A DNA stretch of 64,000 bases, from NCBI GenBank assembly GCA_965222605.1, contig OZ244960.1, positions 5,440,001 to 5,504,000 on the forward strand. The letters run 5' to 3'. The notes under the pieces are model-generated. The model did not search any database. It was given only the letters and a program-made list of their open reading frames with translations, and was not told where the DNA came from. Positions 21,499 through 30,440 of the stretch are shown here, one piece after another; position 1 is the stretch's first letter, and each line of letters opens with the position of its first letter. A program made the position numbers and the translations under genes. This DNA is from Candidatus Latescibacterota bacterium. Its GTDB lineage: Bacteria; Latescibacterota; UBA2968.

Positions 21499-23062
21499 GT
21501 AACTATTTAGGTATGTGAGTAATCAAGGGTATAGTTGTGTTCTTTCAAGACCAGTGCAAGTTCTTTCAAGACAGGGATGCGCTGTTTTCTCAAGGTTGAG
21601 AGGAAGGCTTGGAGGCGTGCATATCTCTTGGCCCCTGCCAAGGTGCGAAAGCATGTGGCGACTTTCTGTTTGACTTTTGCCGGGCGCAAGTCTCGTTCGG
21701 CTTGATTATTGGTGAACGGGACAGCATGGTGAAAGGCAAAGGCCAATACCGCGTCTTGATGTGTGATGAGCCGTTGGAGTAAGTTATAGGCACGACTACC
21801 TTTTGCCCGTCCCTTCTTGCCAGTCTTCTTGACAGGTGGCGGTTCCTTCTTTTGGGCATAAAGGAGCAGACGTTGATAGATTTGGCGGGCTTTGGGCTGC
21901 TTCGCTTCGGGCAGATTGGTTGTGCCTTGCACACTCATGCGATAAAGGGCTAAGAGGAAGCGGTGCATGTGCTTGGCCCATCGGCTCCCATTCTCATAGG
22001 CATCGGTGAGTTCGCGCAGGAGATGTGCACCGCAAAGACTATGGCGACAAGGCCAAGAGGTGAAATAGCTCGCATAGCTATCGTGGACGGCCCAACCGGG
22101 GAAGGTGTTAAGCACCGAATCGGCTCCTTGCAACGCCTCACGTCCCCGTTTTTGATGCACGAACAAATGTGTCTCGTGTCCTGTGCTTGAGACATGCAGC
22201 CAGTGCAGGCGGCCTGCTACCCTCAGTCCGGTCTCATCAAAATGCGCCACCGGACTTGCCATCAGCCGTTTCTTAATCACCGATTCGGTCTTTTCTAAGC
22301 CCCGATAGGCCAAGTCCAAGGCATCCTGTTGCGTGCTTTCATTGATGCCATGCCCAAACAGGTCTTCAAACAGATGCTTGATTTTCTTGAACGGAAGCCG
22401 ATAGTCCACATTGAGCAGACAGGATAAGGCACGAACACGCGACCCATATTGCACCGGCGCAGAGATAGGAGGTGGAAAGCGAGAAGTGTGATAGGCGCCA
22501 CAGCGCGAACAAGAACACCCAAAGGTCTGATATTCGGTCACCACCATACGAGGCTCTGGCAGATCAAAGCATTGGCGACGCGCAAGCAGACTTTGGGCAG
22601 CGGTGGACAAATCCTGACCGCAAGAACACTTTTCAACCCGCAGGGGAACCACCACATCCGGGGTCTCAACCTGCGACAACGTTTGACCCTTATGACCGCG
22701 CAGACCACCGCGCCGACGCTTCTGACTCGACTTGGGAAAGGCTGGCTTTTTGCGATATCCCTCGCTGGATGGGGGACGATGGCTATTCTGGCTATCTTGA
22801 CCTACTTGCCGCTTGAGGCGGGCATTTTCTTCGCGTAATTGCACGTTCTCTTCGCGTAATTGCTCAGTCTCAAGACTTAAGCACTCATGCCCTGCTTCCA
22901 AGTGCTCAATGCGACTTAATAACTCATCTATGAGGTGATGAAGGCCAACAATATCTTCTGGACGACGCAATTCCACATCCTTTCATTAAACAAAACATAA
23001 ATCACTCACTCAGACATAGGATAGACTTTTATAACCCTAAACGCAACAACCTAAATAGTTAC
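21499..23062 (-). mobile_element. IS66-family element (single-ORF, ISBst12-like)
   Basis: TIR GTAACTATTTAGGT / ACCTAAATAGTTAC; 8-bp target duplication GATAAAAG (21491-21498, 23063-23070). Confidence 0.95.
21507..22976 (-). CDS. IS66 transposase
   Basis: Coiled coil, NSHRPPSS, Cys pairs, HFDETG, CGAHLLREL, FTNNQAERDLR. Confidence 0.95.
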   Translation of the reverse strand: MELRRPEDIVGLHHLIDELLSRIEHLEAGHECLSLETEQLREENVQLREENARLKRQVGQDSQNSHRPPSSEGYRKKPAFPKSSQKRRRGGLRGHKGQTLSQVETPDVVVPLRVEKCSCGQDLSTAAQSLLARRQCFDLPEPRMVVTEYQTFGCSCSRCGAYHTSRFPPPISAPVQYGSRVRALSCLLNVDYRLPFKKIKHLFEDLFGHGINESTQQDALDLAYRGLEKTESVIKKRLMASPVAHFDETGLRVAGRLHWLHVSSTGHETHLFVHQKRGREALQGADSVLNTFPGWAVHDSYASYFTSWPCRHSLCGAHLLRELTDAYENGSRWAKHMHRFLLALYRMSVQGTTNLPEAKQPKARQIYQRLLLYAQKKEPPPVKKTGKKGRAKGSRAYNLLQRLITHQDAVLAFAFHHAVPFTNNQAERDLRPAKVKQKVATCFRTLAGAKRYARLQAFLSTLRKQRIPVLKELALVLKEHNYTLDYSHT

Positions 23063-23293
23063 GATAAAAGGAAATACCAAACCCATGAATTTAAGTCTAA
23101 AACAGGATTTAGGACGGCAAGGATTCCTTCAAATTTATCAACAAATCTCAATACCAATCCAGACAAGATCCCCGATATTGTCGATAATGCAACCACTACA
23201 AATTTTGATTTATTCGTCATCGTGATTGCCAATCCTCCGACCTTGTATGGATCTGTAACCCAAAATTTGAACCAGTTAGGAGGCTAATTCACG

Positions 23294-24196
23294 CTAAGGA
23301 TCAGCCGTGATATTTCTCATAAGAATGGCCTGCACCACTTCTTGTGGCGTCTGGTAGCTCAGGGCAGAATGCCGTCGGCCCTGATTGTAATACGTCATTT
23401 GCTTCTGTGTCACACAGATAAGTTCTGTCAAAGATTCTGCTTGTATAATCAAACTATGGTTTTCGGTCTTAAAACGTCCCCAAAAGGACTCAATCCACGG
23501 ATTATCTTTTGCCCCATTCATCGCAAAAGAAATCCGGGCACCTTCTTCAATCAACACACGATGTAACCAGTCGTATGAGGTGTAAACCGAATCGCGGTCG
23601 TGATGGATGAGGATGTCCGAAAGCCTCCTGTCCAAAAGAGCCAGGTTATTTTGCAACTGATCCAAACAATAAATCGCCAGCGCACGATTGCGATGTGCCC
23701 CCACGCCAAAGCCTGCGATCCATCTGGTGCGGATGTCTAAAAAGGCCATCAACCACGCTTTTTTCTGACCCTGACAATAGAGCAATTCTGTAAAGTCGGT
23801 GCAAAATACACACAGCGGATCAACGGTGCGGTTCTGAACTAAATTAGCGTCTTGTCCGACTTGGCTTATCAGCTTCAATACCGGATTCTTGCCACGTTTT
23901 GGCAGATGACGCGGTAAGTTCAACTCATAAGTTGACAATATCTTACGCAACCGCTTATGATTGACCACGATGCCGGTACGGGCTTTTATATCTTCCTTGA
24001 TGCGGCGATACCCATAATCGGGATGATGCCTGATCGTGGTGACGATCTCATCCTTGATCTGCTCATCTACTTGTGAACAAGAGGCCCGACCGCGACGATA
24101 ATGAAGCGTCCCTTTGGACAAGCCTAAGGCACGGCAGCACATATTTAGACCATATTTGTCCTTATGCTTTTCGGCCAGTTCTACTTTGTCAGACAC
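23294..24196 (-). CDS. IS3 OrfB (rve DDE domain)
   Basis: YGYRR, TDFTE, HHDRDS, IESFWG, YNQGRRHSAL; frame stays open back through the slippery AAAATTTTTTTA near 24211-24222. Confidence 0.9.
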   Translation of the reverse strand: MSDKVELAEKHKDKYGLNMCCRALGLSKGTLHYRRGRASCSQVDEQIKDEIVTTIRHHPDYGYRRIKEDIKARTGIVVNHKRLRKILSTYELNLPRHLPKRGKNPVLKLISQVGQDANLVQNRTVDPLCVFCTDFTELLYCQGQKKAWLMAFLDIRTRWIAGFGVGAHRNRALAIYCLDQLQNNLALLDRRLSDILIHHDRDSVYTSYDWLHRVLIEEGARISFAMNGAKDNPWIESFWGRFKTENHSLIIQAESLTELICVTQKQMTYYNQGRRHSALSYQTPQEVVQAILMRNITADP

Positions 24197-24198
24197 GC

Positions 24199-24483
24199 TT
24201 AACGGTTGCCTAAAAAAATTTTGAGCAAGGCCAGTTCTACTTCTTTCTGACCCAGCAGGCGCTCCAGTTCAGAAAGACGTGACTCATACGTTTTGACCGT
24301 ATCATTACCTGAGAAAATCTCGGCACCGCTGTCTATAAACTGACGTTTCCATTTTGACAGACTCACCGGATGCACATCGTAAGCGCGAGCGACTTCTGCG
24401 TCCCCTTTATCCGAGGTCAGTGCTTCTAACACGACCTGGAATTTGAGTTTAGCGGAATAGGACTTCTTGGATCTCTTCGACAT
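24199..24483 (-). CDS. IS3 OrfA (HTH)
   Basis: YSAKLKFQVVLE..VARAYDVHP..LSKWK..LERLLG. Confidence 0.9.
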   Translation of the reverse strand: MSKRSKKSYSAKLKFQVVLEALTSDKGDAEVARAYDVHPVSLSKWKRQFIDSGAEIFSGNDTVKTYESRLSELERLLGQKEVELALLKIFLGNR

Positions 24484-24912
24484 GGTATCTCCTCCTGTTG
24501 GTGAGAAAATACCACGCTGATACCCAATGTCAAGCGGTGTAAAACGGGGCGATGTCCAGCCCCGTTGATTAGCCTTTATACCGGTTCAACTATTGGGGCG
24601 CACCTCAAGACGACCGATCGGAAGCGGTTCAAATAGTACTCTCATGCCTTTCATTATCATACCTTTGGTTTAACTTATACAATACCTGATAAACTCCAGG
24701 AGCTCTTTTTTATTTCACATATCTACGTTATTCACGCACCTGTTCGGTTATAACATCAATATAATAGTATAATGTGAAAGTGTGCAATGCGTTTTCGGGT
24801 GGAGAATTTGTGAATAGATTTAGGCAGAGTCACTCTTTTTGGATTCCCCTCTTTGATACATTTTGAGGGGCTTAAATTTTGAGTATAATAATCTTTATAT
24901 TCAAAAATGACC

Positions 24913-25010
24913 TTGAAAACCCCTATTTTTTCGAGTAAATTGCAAATAGGCATTTATCGTTATATTCAAAAAGTGGAGGGGCGAATCGCCCGTTTTGACA
25001 GCGCGTTTAT
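24913..25010 (+). promoter_or_regulatory. Repeated sigma70-like promoter/leader, copy 1
   Basis: TTGAAA-17-TAAATT, then leader with GGGCGAATCGCCC hairpin; homologous copies at 31184 and 33063. Confidence 0.65.
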
Positions 25011-25024
25011 GGAGACACGACGCA

Positions 25025-25294
25025 ATGAAGAGAACATTGACCATTGATTACGGTGACGAAGTCCTGCTGGCTCTCGGATATACACCCAAGCAGTTCAGCG
25101 AAGAGGCCAAGCTCCTCATCGCCGTCAAGCTCTACGAATTGGGCCGTTTGTCCTCGGGAGGGGCAGCCAAGCTGGCTGGCATTCCCAAGCCCTTATTTCT
25201 GACAAAACTCGCCGAATATGGCGTTGATACTTTCCAACTGACCGAGGACGACCTCCAACAGGACTTAGACAGTGCCCGTCGTCTTGCGAACTAA
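25025..25294 (+). CDS. UPF0175-family putative antitoxin
   Basis: LYELGRLSSGGAAKLAGI...FLTKLAEYGV..EDDLQQD. Confidence 0.8.
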   Translation: MKRTLTIDYGDEVLLALGYTPKQFSEEAKLLIAVKLYELGRLSSGGAAKLAGIPKPLFLTKLAEYGVDTFQLTEDDLQQDLDSARRLAN

Positions 25295-25388
25295 AGAGCA
25301 CGGCATTCTCGACGCGATTCAGCCCGTTTTGGATCGTCTTCGAGCACTGCGGTGCCGGCTGAACACGCGGTGGAGGCGAAATCTTTAG
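25272..25388 (+). pseudogene. DUF3368 PIN toxin relic with internal deletion
   Basis: GTG-PVV joined to LRTKEHGILDAIQPVLDRLRAL (DUF3368-like tail), directly after UPF0175. Confidence 0.6.
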
Positions 25389-25412
25389 CCAAAAGTAGGA
25401 AATGCTTAGTGT

Positions 25413-25751
25413 ATGAATGCGAAAGAACAAAAAATAACAGAATCGCTTTTGGATGAGATCGCAAACAAAATTGTCGAACACTTTCATCCAGATCAGATTA
25501 TCCTCTTCGGCTCTTATGCTTATGGCGAGCCAAAGACCGATAGCGATTTAGATTTGCTCGTCATTATGGATACAGATTTGCGTCCAACAGCGCGAAGTGC
25601 CGCAATTGCTCGCATTTGTCGTCCCAAATACGTTGCGATGGATATTGTCGTGCGTACACCTGAAGAAATTCAAACCCATCTGCAAAACTTTGATCCATTT
25701 CTCGAGGAAATTTTCAAACTTGGACGCACCCTCTACAAATCCGCCGGGTGA
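25413..25751 (+). CDS. Minimal nucleotidyltransferase (MNT antitoxin)
   Basis: ILFGSYAYG..DSDLDLLVI..DIVV. Confidence 0.9.
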   Translation: MNAKEQKITESLLDEIANKIVEHFHPDQIILFGSYAYGEPKTDSDLDLLVIMDTDLRPTARSAAIARICRPKYVAMDIVVRTPEEIQTHLQNFDPFLEEIFKLGRTLYKSAG

Positions 25752-26130
25752 TATACAAGCGTGGGTCTATAAAGCAGAAGAAGACTTTCGCACTGCCACG
25801 ACAATGGTTCGGAAACGCAAAGAACCTGTTCCCGACAATGTGTGTTTTTGCGCGCAGCAGTGTATAGAAAAGTATCTCAAAGCCTTTCTGGTCCTTCATC
25901 GCATTCATTTTCCAAGAATTCACGATCTTTTGGCACTGTTAGATTTCGCTGTAGATATTGATACTGAACTTGAGATACTTCGAGATGATCTGAACTTCCT
26001 GTCCCCATTTGCCGTTGAATTTCGCTATCCTGGGGAAAATGCCACTGTTGAAGAGTCAAAAGAGGCGGTTAAAGTTATGCGGCGTGTTCGACGCACTTTA
26101 AGGGCAAAATTGAAGCTCGAAGATGCATGA
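25720..26130 (+). CDS. HEPN domain protein
   Basis: WVYKAEEDF, CFCAQQCIEKYLKA, RIHDL, EFRYP; TTG start overlapping MNT is inferred. Confidence 0.85.
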   Translation: MDAPSTNPPGDIQAWVYKAEEDFRTATTMVRKRKEPVPDNVCFCAQQCIEKYLKAFLVLHRIHFPRIHDLLALLDFAVDIDTELEILRDDLNFLSPFAVEFRYPGENATVEESKEAVKVMRRVRRTLRAKLKLEDA

Positions 26131-26320
26131 TGTCATAGCTTTCGTGGCATACACACTGGATTATCTGGTCACTTGGTATTGTGCCTATATTGCGAATGGC
26201 GCAATCATTCGTTCTGCGTCTTGACGACTCTGCTATCGTCGGTCAGAAGAGGTCTCGCCAGGCGTGGTGCCCGATTACAATATCGCTTTTGGATGAGATG
26301 GAAAGACAAAGGTGCATGAT

Positions 26321-27868
26321 ATGACCAAACGCAGATTGCCTATTGGTATTCAGACCTTCCGCGAAATCCGCGAGGAAAATTGCTACTATGTCGATAAAAC
26401 TGCCTACATGCAGCGGCTGATCGACGAAGGTAAGCACTACTTTTTATCGCGTCCACGGCACTTTGGCAAAAGCCTGTTTCTGGATACGCTGAAGGAACTG
26501 TTCGAGGGCAATGAACCGCTGTTCGAGGGGCTGTACATCCACGACCACTGGGACTGGTCTGTTCGCTATCCTGTCCTGCGCCTCGACTTCAGCAGCGGAA
26601 ACTATCAGGGGCCGGACGACTTGCGGAAGGAAGTGGCGGTGCAATTGGACGCCCTGGAGAACGAAGCAAAGGTCAGCCCGCGCGACGAAAACGCATCAGC
26701 TCGCTTGCGCCACTTGATGAAAGTTCTCCACGAGCGCAGTGGTCAGCGCGTTGTGCTACTGGTTGATGAAAATGACAAGCCGATCCTGGACGCGCTGGCG
26801 GTGCCCGAAGTCGCCCGGGCCAATCGCGACTTTTTGCACAGCCTGTACGCCACCACTAAAGACTGCGACGCACACATTCACTTCACCTTCCTCACGGGCG
26901 TCAGCCAATTCTCCAAAGCGAGCATCTTCTCTGGCCTCAACAACTTGACCAACATCACGCTGGATACGCGCTACTCGGCTATCTGTGGCTATACCGATGC
27001 GGACCTGGACACGGTGTTCGCGCCCGAGCTTCCCGGCCTGGATCGAGAAGAGATCCGCGACTGGTACAATGGCTATAGCTGGCGAGGAGAGGAGAAGGTC
27101 TATAACCCCTTCGATATTCTTCTGCTCTTCGACAGCCGCGAGTTCGGAGCCTACTGGTTCGAGACCGGCACGCCGACATTCCTCATCGAAACGCTGTTCA
27201 ATCGCCGTGTCAGTTCCCTCGAACTCGACGAGATGATCGGCAGTAGCGATTTGCTATCGACCTTTGATGTGGATGAAATCGCGACCGAGGCCCTGTTGTT
27301 TCAAACCGGGTACCTGACCATTACTGGTGAAGAGAACCTGGGCGGCAAGTCCTTCTATCGTCTGGGCTATCCCAACCGTGAGGTGCGCCAAAGTCTCAAC
27401 GAGAGCCTATTGGACTATCTGGTGAAAGACTCAACGCGTCTTATGGCGAACAGCGTTCAACTCTATCGTCTGCTCGAAGCCAACGACTTCGCCGGTCTCG
27501 AGATCTTATTCCACGCCTTTTTTGCCAGTATTCCTTATGAGTGGTACACCAACAACGACATCGCCAATTTTGAGGGCTACTATGCCAGCGTGTTCTATTC
27601 CTATTTCGCGGGACTGGGACTCAATATTACGGTTGAGGACAGCAGCAGCCATGGACGTGTGGATATGACTGTGTACTTCAACGATAACATCTACCTGTTC
27701 GAGTTCAAAGTGGTAGAGTTGGCGTCTGAGGGAGCTGCGATGGCGCAATTGCAGGAAAAGGGATACGCAGACAAATACCGGGGCCTGGACCAGCCTATTC
27801 ACCTGATCGGGGTAGAGTTTAGCAAGGATACCCGCAATATAACGGCCTTCGAGGTGGCAGGTGCGTGA
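26321..27868 (+). CDS. AAA-ATPase-like protein with C-terminal PD-(D/E)XK nuclease (DUF1703 type)
   Basis: LPIGIQTF, YVDKT, SRPRHFGKS, LVDENDKP, WYNGY, YNPF, YWFETG, GRVD..FEFK. Confidence 0.9.
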   Translation: MTKRRLPIGIQTFREIREENCYYVDKTAYMQRLIDEGKHYFLSRPRHFGKSLFLDTLKELFEGNEPLFEGLYIHDHWDWSVRYPVLRLDFSSGNYQGPDDLRKEVAVQLDALENEAKVSPRDENASARLRHLMKVLHERSGQRVVLLVDENDKPILDALAVPEVARANRDFLHSLYATTKDCDAHIHFTFLTGVSQFSKASIFSGLNNLTNITLDTRYSAICGYTDADLDTVFAPELPGLDREEIRDWYNGYSWRGEEKVYNPFDILLLFDSREFGAYWFETGTPTFLIETLFNRRVSSLELDEMIGSSDLLSTFDVDEIATEALLFQTGYLTITGEENLGGKSFYRLGYPNREVRQSLNESLLDYLVKDSTRLMANSVQLYRLLEANDFAGLEILFHAFFASIPYEWYTNNDIANFEGYYASVFYSYFAGLGLNITVEDSSSHGRVDMTVYFNDNIYLFEFKVVELASEGAAMAQLQEKGYADKYRGLDQPIHLIGVEFSKDTRNITAFEVAGA

Positions 27869-27871
27869 GGG

Positions 27872-28126
27872 GTGAGAAATGCGGATGGAAGCGCGTATTA
27901 TCAATGGATAGAGCTGTGTGAGCAAGCAGGTGTCAAATGCGAAATTCACCAGCTTCGGCACACAGCCGCGACGGAGCTGGTGAACAGTGGCGTGGGTGTT
28001 GGCACAGTGCGCTGGCTACTGGGTCATCGCAATTTGCAGACAACTCAGCGATATGCGAATCTATCCACTGAGACTGTCCGGCAGGAGCTGGATACCTTCG
28101 CGCGTAGAAAAACGCGGACCCGGTGA
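27872..28126 (+). pseudogene. Tyrosine recombinase C-terminal fragment
   Basis: HQLRHT..LLGH..TTQRY present; N-terminal part missing. Confidence 0.8.
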
Positions 28127-28267
28127 TCGCGAATGGACTTCTGAGCAGTAATAAAACGCTTTGTAGATGCATTAATAGGCAGGCGTTGCATGTAAACCGG
28201 ATGTGTTGGTGGCACAGTGGGGATCCTATTTAACAACAGATAAGGTCCCCACCGAATCTCGTCTTCA

Positions 28268-28411
28268 GCAATCGCACACCAATGTAGTTTTGCGTCCTTA
28301 TCAGATTTTAGCAAGGTTTTCAAAAAGCAGTATGGAGATAATCCAACCAAATATCACAGAAAATGGAAACTGGGACAAATTTTGAACTTTAGGACAAATT
28401 TTTGGGGTTGA
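28268..28411 (+). pseudogene. AraC-family HTH C-terminal relic
   Basis: Hand translation AIAHQCSFASLSDFSKVFKKQYGDNPTKY matches the AraC signature. Confidence 0.65.
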
Positions 28412-28583
28412 CATCACGAGGCATTATAGAATATTAAAAAGTGGAGTTACCCCGTTTTGGATGCTGTTGCCGAATTCCGAATACTGTTCTCAGTGCAACT
28501 AAACATAGGGCTTGCAGAGTCTGTATTCAGGCCACAAACAGCCATCTTTTTAACCGCAGGTCCCTCTTGACCAATGGAGAACT

Positions 28584-28751
28584 ATGAAACGCGATCCTAT
28601 TGTCGAAGAAATTCACCAGACGAGACAGAAACTCCTAAAAGAGTGCGGCGGCGACCTCAACCAGTTAATGGACCGCTTAAAAGCCGCTGAAGTACAAGAC
28701 CGAAGTCGTGTGGTCAGCACCATCTCTGTCCGCAAAACTTCATACTCATAA
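28584..28751 (+). CDS. 55-aa small protein of a type often paired with PIN toxins
   Basis: MKRDPIVEEIHQTRQKLLKECGGDLNQLMDRL; GGAG RBS; missed by ORF track. Confidence 0.6.
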   Translation: MKRDPIVEEIHQTRQKLLKECGGDLNQLMDRLKAAEVQDRSRVVSTISVRKTSYS

Positions 28752-28760
28752 CGACAGTCA

Positions 28761-28899
28761 GCAGGCGTCAAATGCGGGATCCATCAGCTTCGGCACACGA
28801 CCGCGACGGAGCTGGTGAACAGTGGCGTGGGCACGGTGCGCCAGCTACTCGGTCATCGCAATTTGCAGACCACGCAGCACTATGCGAAACTATCCACTG
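28761..28899 (+). pseudogene. Second, diverged copy of the integrase C-terminal fragment
   Basis: Aligns to 27926-28070 (CATCAGCTTCGGCACAC..GGTCATCGCAATTTGCAGAC..TATCCACTG). Confidence 0.85.
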
Positions 28900-28949
28900 G
28901 AGCGGGGTACAATTACGCAAGTAGTTCAACCGTCCTGCATGAACCGGAT

Positions 28950-29106
28950 GCCGACGTGGAAAGAGGTCAGAAAATTGGGCATTGTCATAAATGGAGCCTA
29001 ACTCATCGCGCATCTTCATATAGATATTGCCTTTGGGAAAGGCAGCTTGGGCAATACGAACGGTCTCTTTGGGCACGGGTTCAATTGGATCTTTGGATAG
29101 GGACAT
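28950..29106 (-). pseudogene. IS1182-family transposase N-terminal fragment
   Basis: MSLSKDPIEPVPKETVRIAQAAFPKGNIYMKMRDELGSIY..FSDLFP, then truncated. Confidence 0.75.
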
Positions 29107-29231
29107 GGATTACCTCGGTAAAAGGGAAGAGGTACACGGAACCAGAAACCCTACATGATATGGTCATTATTTAATTCGGCAACAGCATCGTTTTGGTGGG
29201 TACCTTATGAATAGTTAGAAAGGAGGGTGAA

Positions 29232-29708
29232 ATGTCACAGAAATTTAAGATGGGGGTTATTTTTCTTTTATTGGCGTCGTTATTGGGGGTGAATGCTGGA
29301 TGTTTTGGCCTTTTCCGAAAGAGGTATCAGGAGTTAAGTCTTAACTCTGTTCCTACGGGCGCGGATGTTTATAGGACGGCCCCTTATATAGGCTATGTAT
29401 GGGTTGGCAAAACACCTATTACTTTGACTTTGGACCGAAAGGATAAAACTTATGTTTATGTAACGTTAAAACATGTTGGGTATAAAGACTATGTGCTTAC
29501 TATAAAGCACTCTCAAAGTGGAGAGGGTTCTGAAAAAGATAAATTTAGTAATTGGGTTGATACTGGCGGCTCTGGTGACCCGCTCGACGCTCTTGTCGTA
29601 TTAATTGGAGCCGTGGGTTATCTTGTGTATAAGGCGGGGGAAAGCACAGGTAATAGTTTGAAAAAAAGTTTCACTATACAGATGGAAAAATTAGACGTTG
29701 ATTCTTGA
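29232..29708 (+). CDS. PEGA-domain lipoprotein
   Basis: Lipobox NAGC; NSVPTGADVY..VGKTP..KHVGYKD; AGGAGG RBS; AT-rich. Confidence 0.75.
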   Translation: MSQKFKMGVIFLLLASLLGVNAGCFGLFRKRYQELSLNSVPTGADVYRTAPYIGYVWVGKTPITLTLDRKDKTYVYVTLKHVGYKDYVLTIKHSQSGEGSEKDKFSNWVDTGGSGDPLDALVVLIGAVGYLVYKAGESTGNSLKKSFTIQMEKLDVDS

Positions 29709-29721
29709 ACGTCCACGGAAC

Positions 29722-30130
29722 TGGAGTTGCCCCGCTTCAGATGCTGTTGCCGAATTGGTCGAGAGGGAGGTCAGCAGTTGTAAAAACGGCTGTTTGTGGC
29801 CTGAATACAAGCTCTGTATGGACAGAATTCGGAATTCGGCAACAGCATCGCTTCAGTGGAGTATTTAGGGCTTGGGTTTCAAGCCTGTGATTGATGCAGC
29901 TTGCCGTATAGAATCATTACGGCACATGCTTCGTAAGCCATCGGCGCGTGATAGGCGATGGAAGAATGCCTGCGATGCAGATTATACCACCCTTCAGTGT
30001 CAGTTCACATTCAAGGGTGGTGAAGAAACTTGCGCACATCACGTTGTCATAGCAGTCTCCCGCACTCCCATTGAAGGACGCACGCCAGCTTCACGATAAC
30101 GCTTTCCAAATGTGAGGGATATATACGGAT
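29722..30130 (-). mobile_element. Degenerate IS3-family right end with OrfB C-terminal relic
   Basis: Frameshifted FGKRYREAGVRPSMG..GDCYDN..FFTTLECEL..GWYN..RRHSSIAY; TIR TGGAGTTGCCCCGCTTCAGTGGA once the MITE is removed. Confidence 0.8.
29740..29849. mobile_element. 110-bp MITE with IS1182-type ends
   Basis: Same 17-bp TIRs as 28460/29189; 6-bp duplication GCTTCA; body homologous (inverted) to 28460-28575. Confidence 0.9.
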
Positions 30131-30271
30131 TGACTCGGAATACCGCGACACTTCCAGAATGGTGCTCATCTGAACACCATCACCATAAATACCTTCCAAA
30201 ATGCCCTGTGTTTTTCAGGGCTTTTTTTGTGTAATCTCCCTAATAGTCCAATTATTTAATTCTAATCAAAC

Positions 30272-30380
30272 TGTTTCATTTGAAACACTTTTCCGCATGT
30301 CCATTTTTGGGCATTTTTTAAAAACACGCTCTCCTGCAAGCAGTTACGGGATTTTTGAAAATTTTGGCACGATTTTTGCA
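30272..30380 (+). promoter_or_regulatory. Sigma54 promoter with putative upstream activator sites
   Basis: TGGCACGATTTTTGCA (30365-30380); palindromes TGTTTCATTTGAAACA (30272) and TGTCCATTTTTGGGCA (30298). Confidence 0.75.
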
Positions 30381-30440
30381 CTATATAAAGGGCACGAGAT
30401 CAAAATTTTCAGTTCCAAACCCGCACAGGAGGGCATTCCC

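Larger units (their letters stand above)
21100..23220 (-). pseudogene. Membrane-anchored Zn-ribbon protein interrupted by IS66
   Basis: Removing IS66 and one target copy rejoins MTNKSKFVVVALSTISG...VWYFLL|SNHSFSLYGWLWLIIG... in frame with the 21100..21432 ORF (CPKC, CPRC); GGAGG RBS. Confidence 0.8.
23254..24602 (-). mobile_element. IS3-family element
   Basis: Imperfect TIRs TGTAACCCAAAATTTGAACCAG / TGCGCCCCAATAGTTGAACCGG; orfA+orfB in -1 arrangement; no target duplication seen. Confidence 0.9.
28460..29189. mobile_element. IS1182-type composite remnant with captured fragments
   Basis: 17-bp TIR GATGCTGTTGCCGAATT / AATTCGGCAACAGCATC; 6-bp duplication GTTTTG (28454-28459, 29190-29195). Confidence 0.85.

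Noticed and set aside
22826-22863. 21-bp period repeat in IS66
   Set aside because: In-frame heptad (QLREEN) of the transposase coiled coil.
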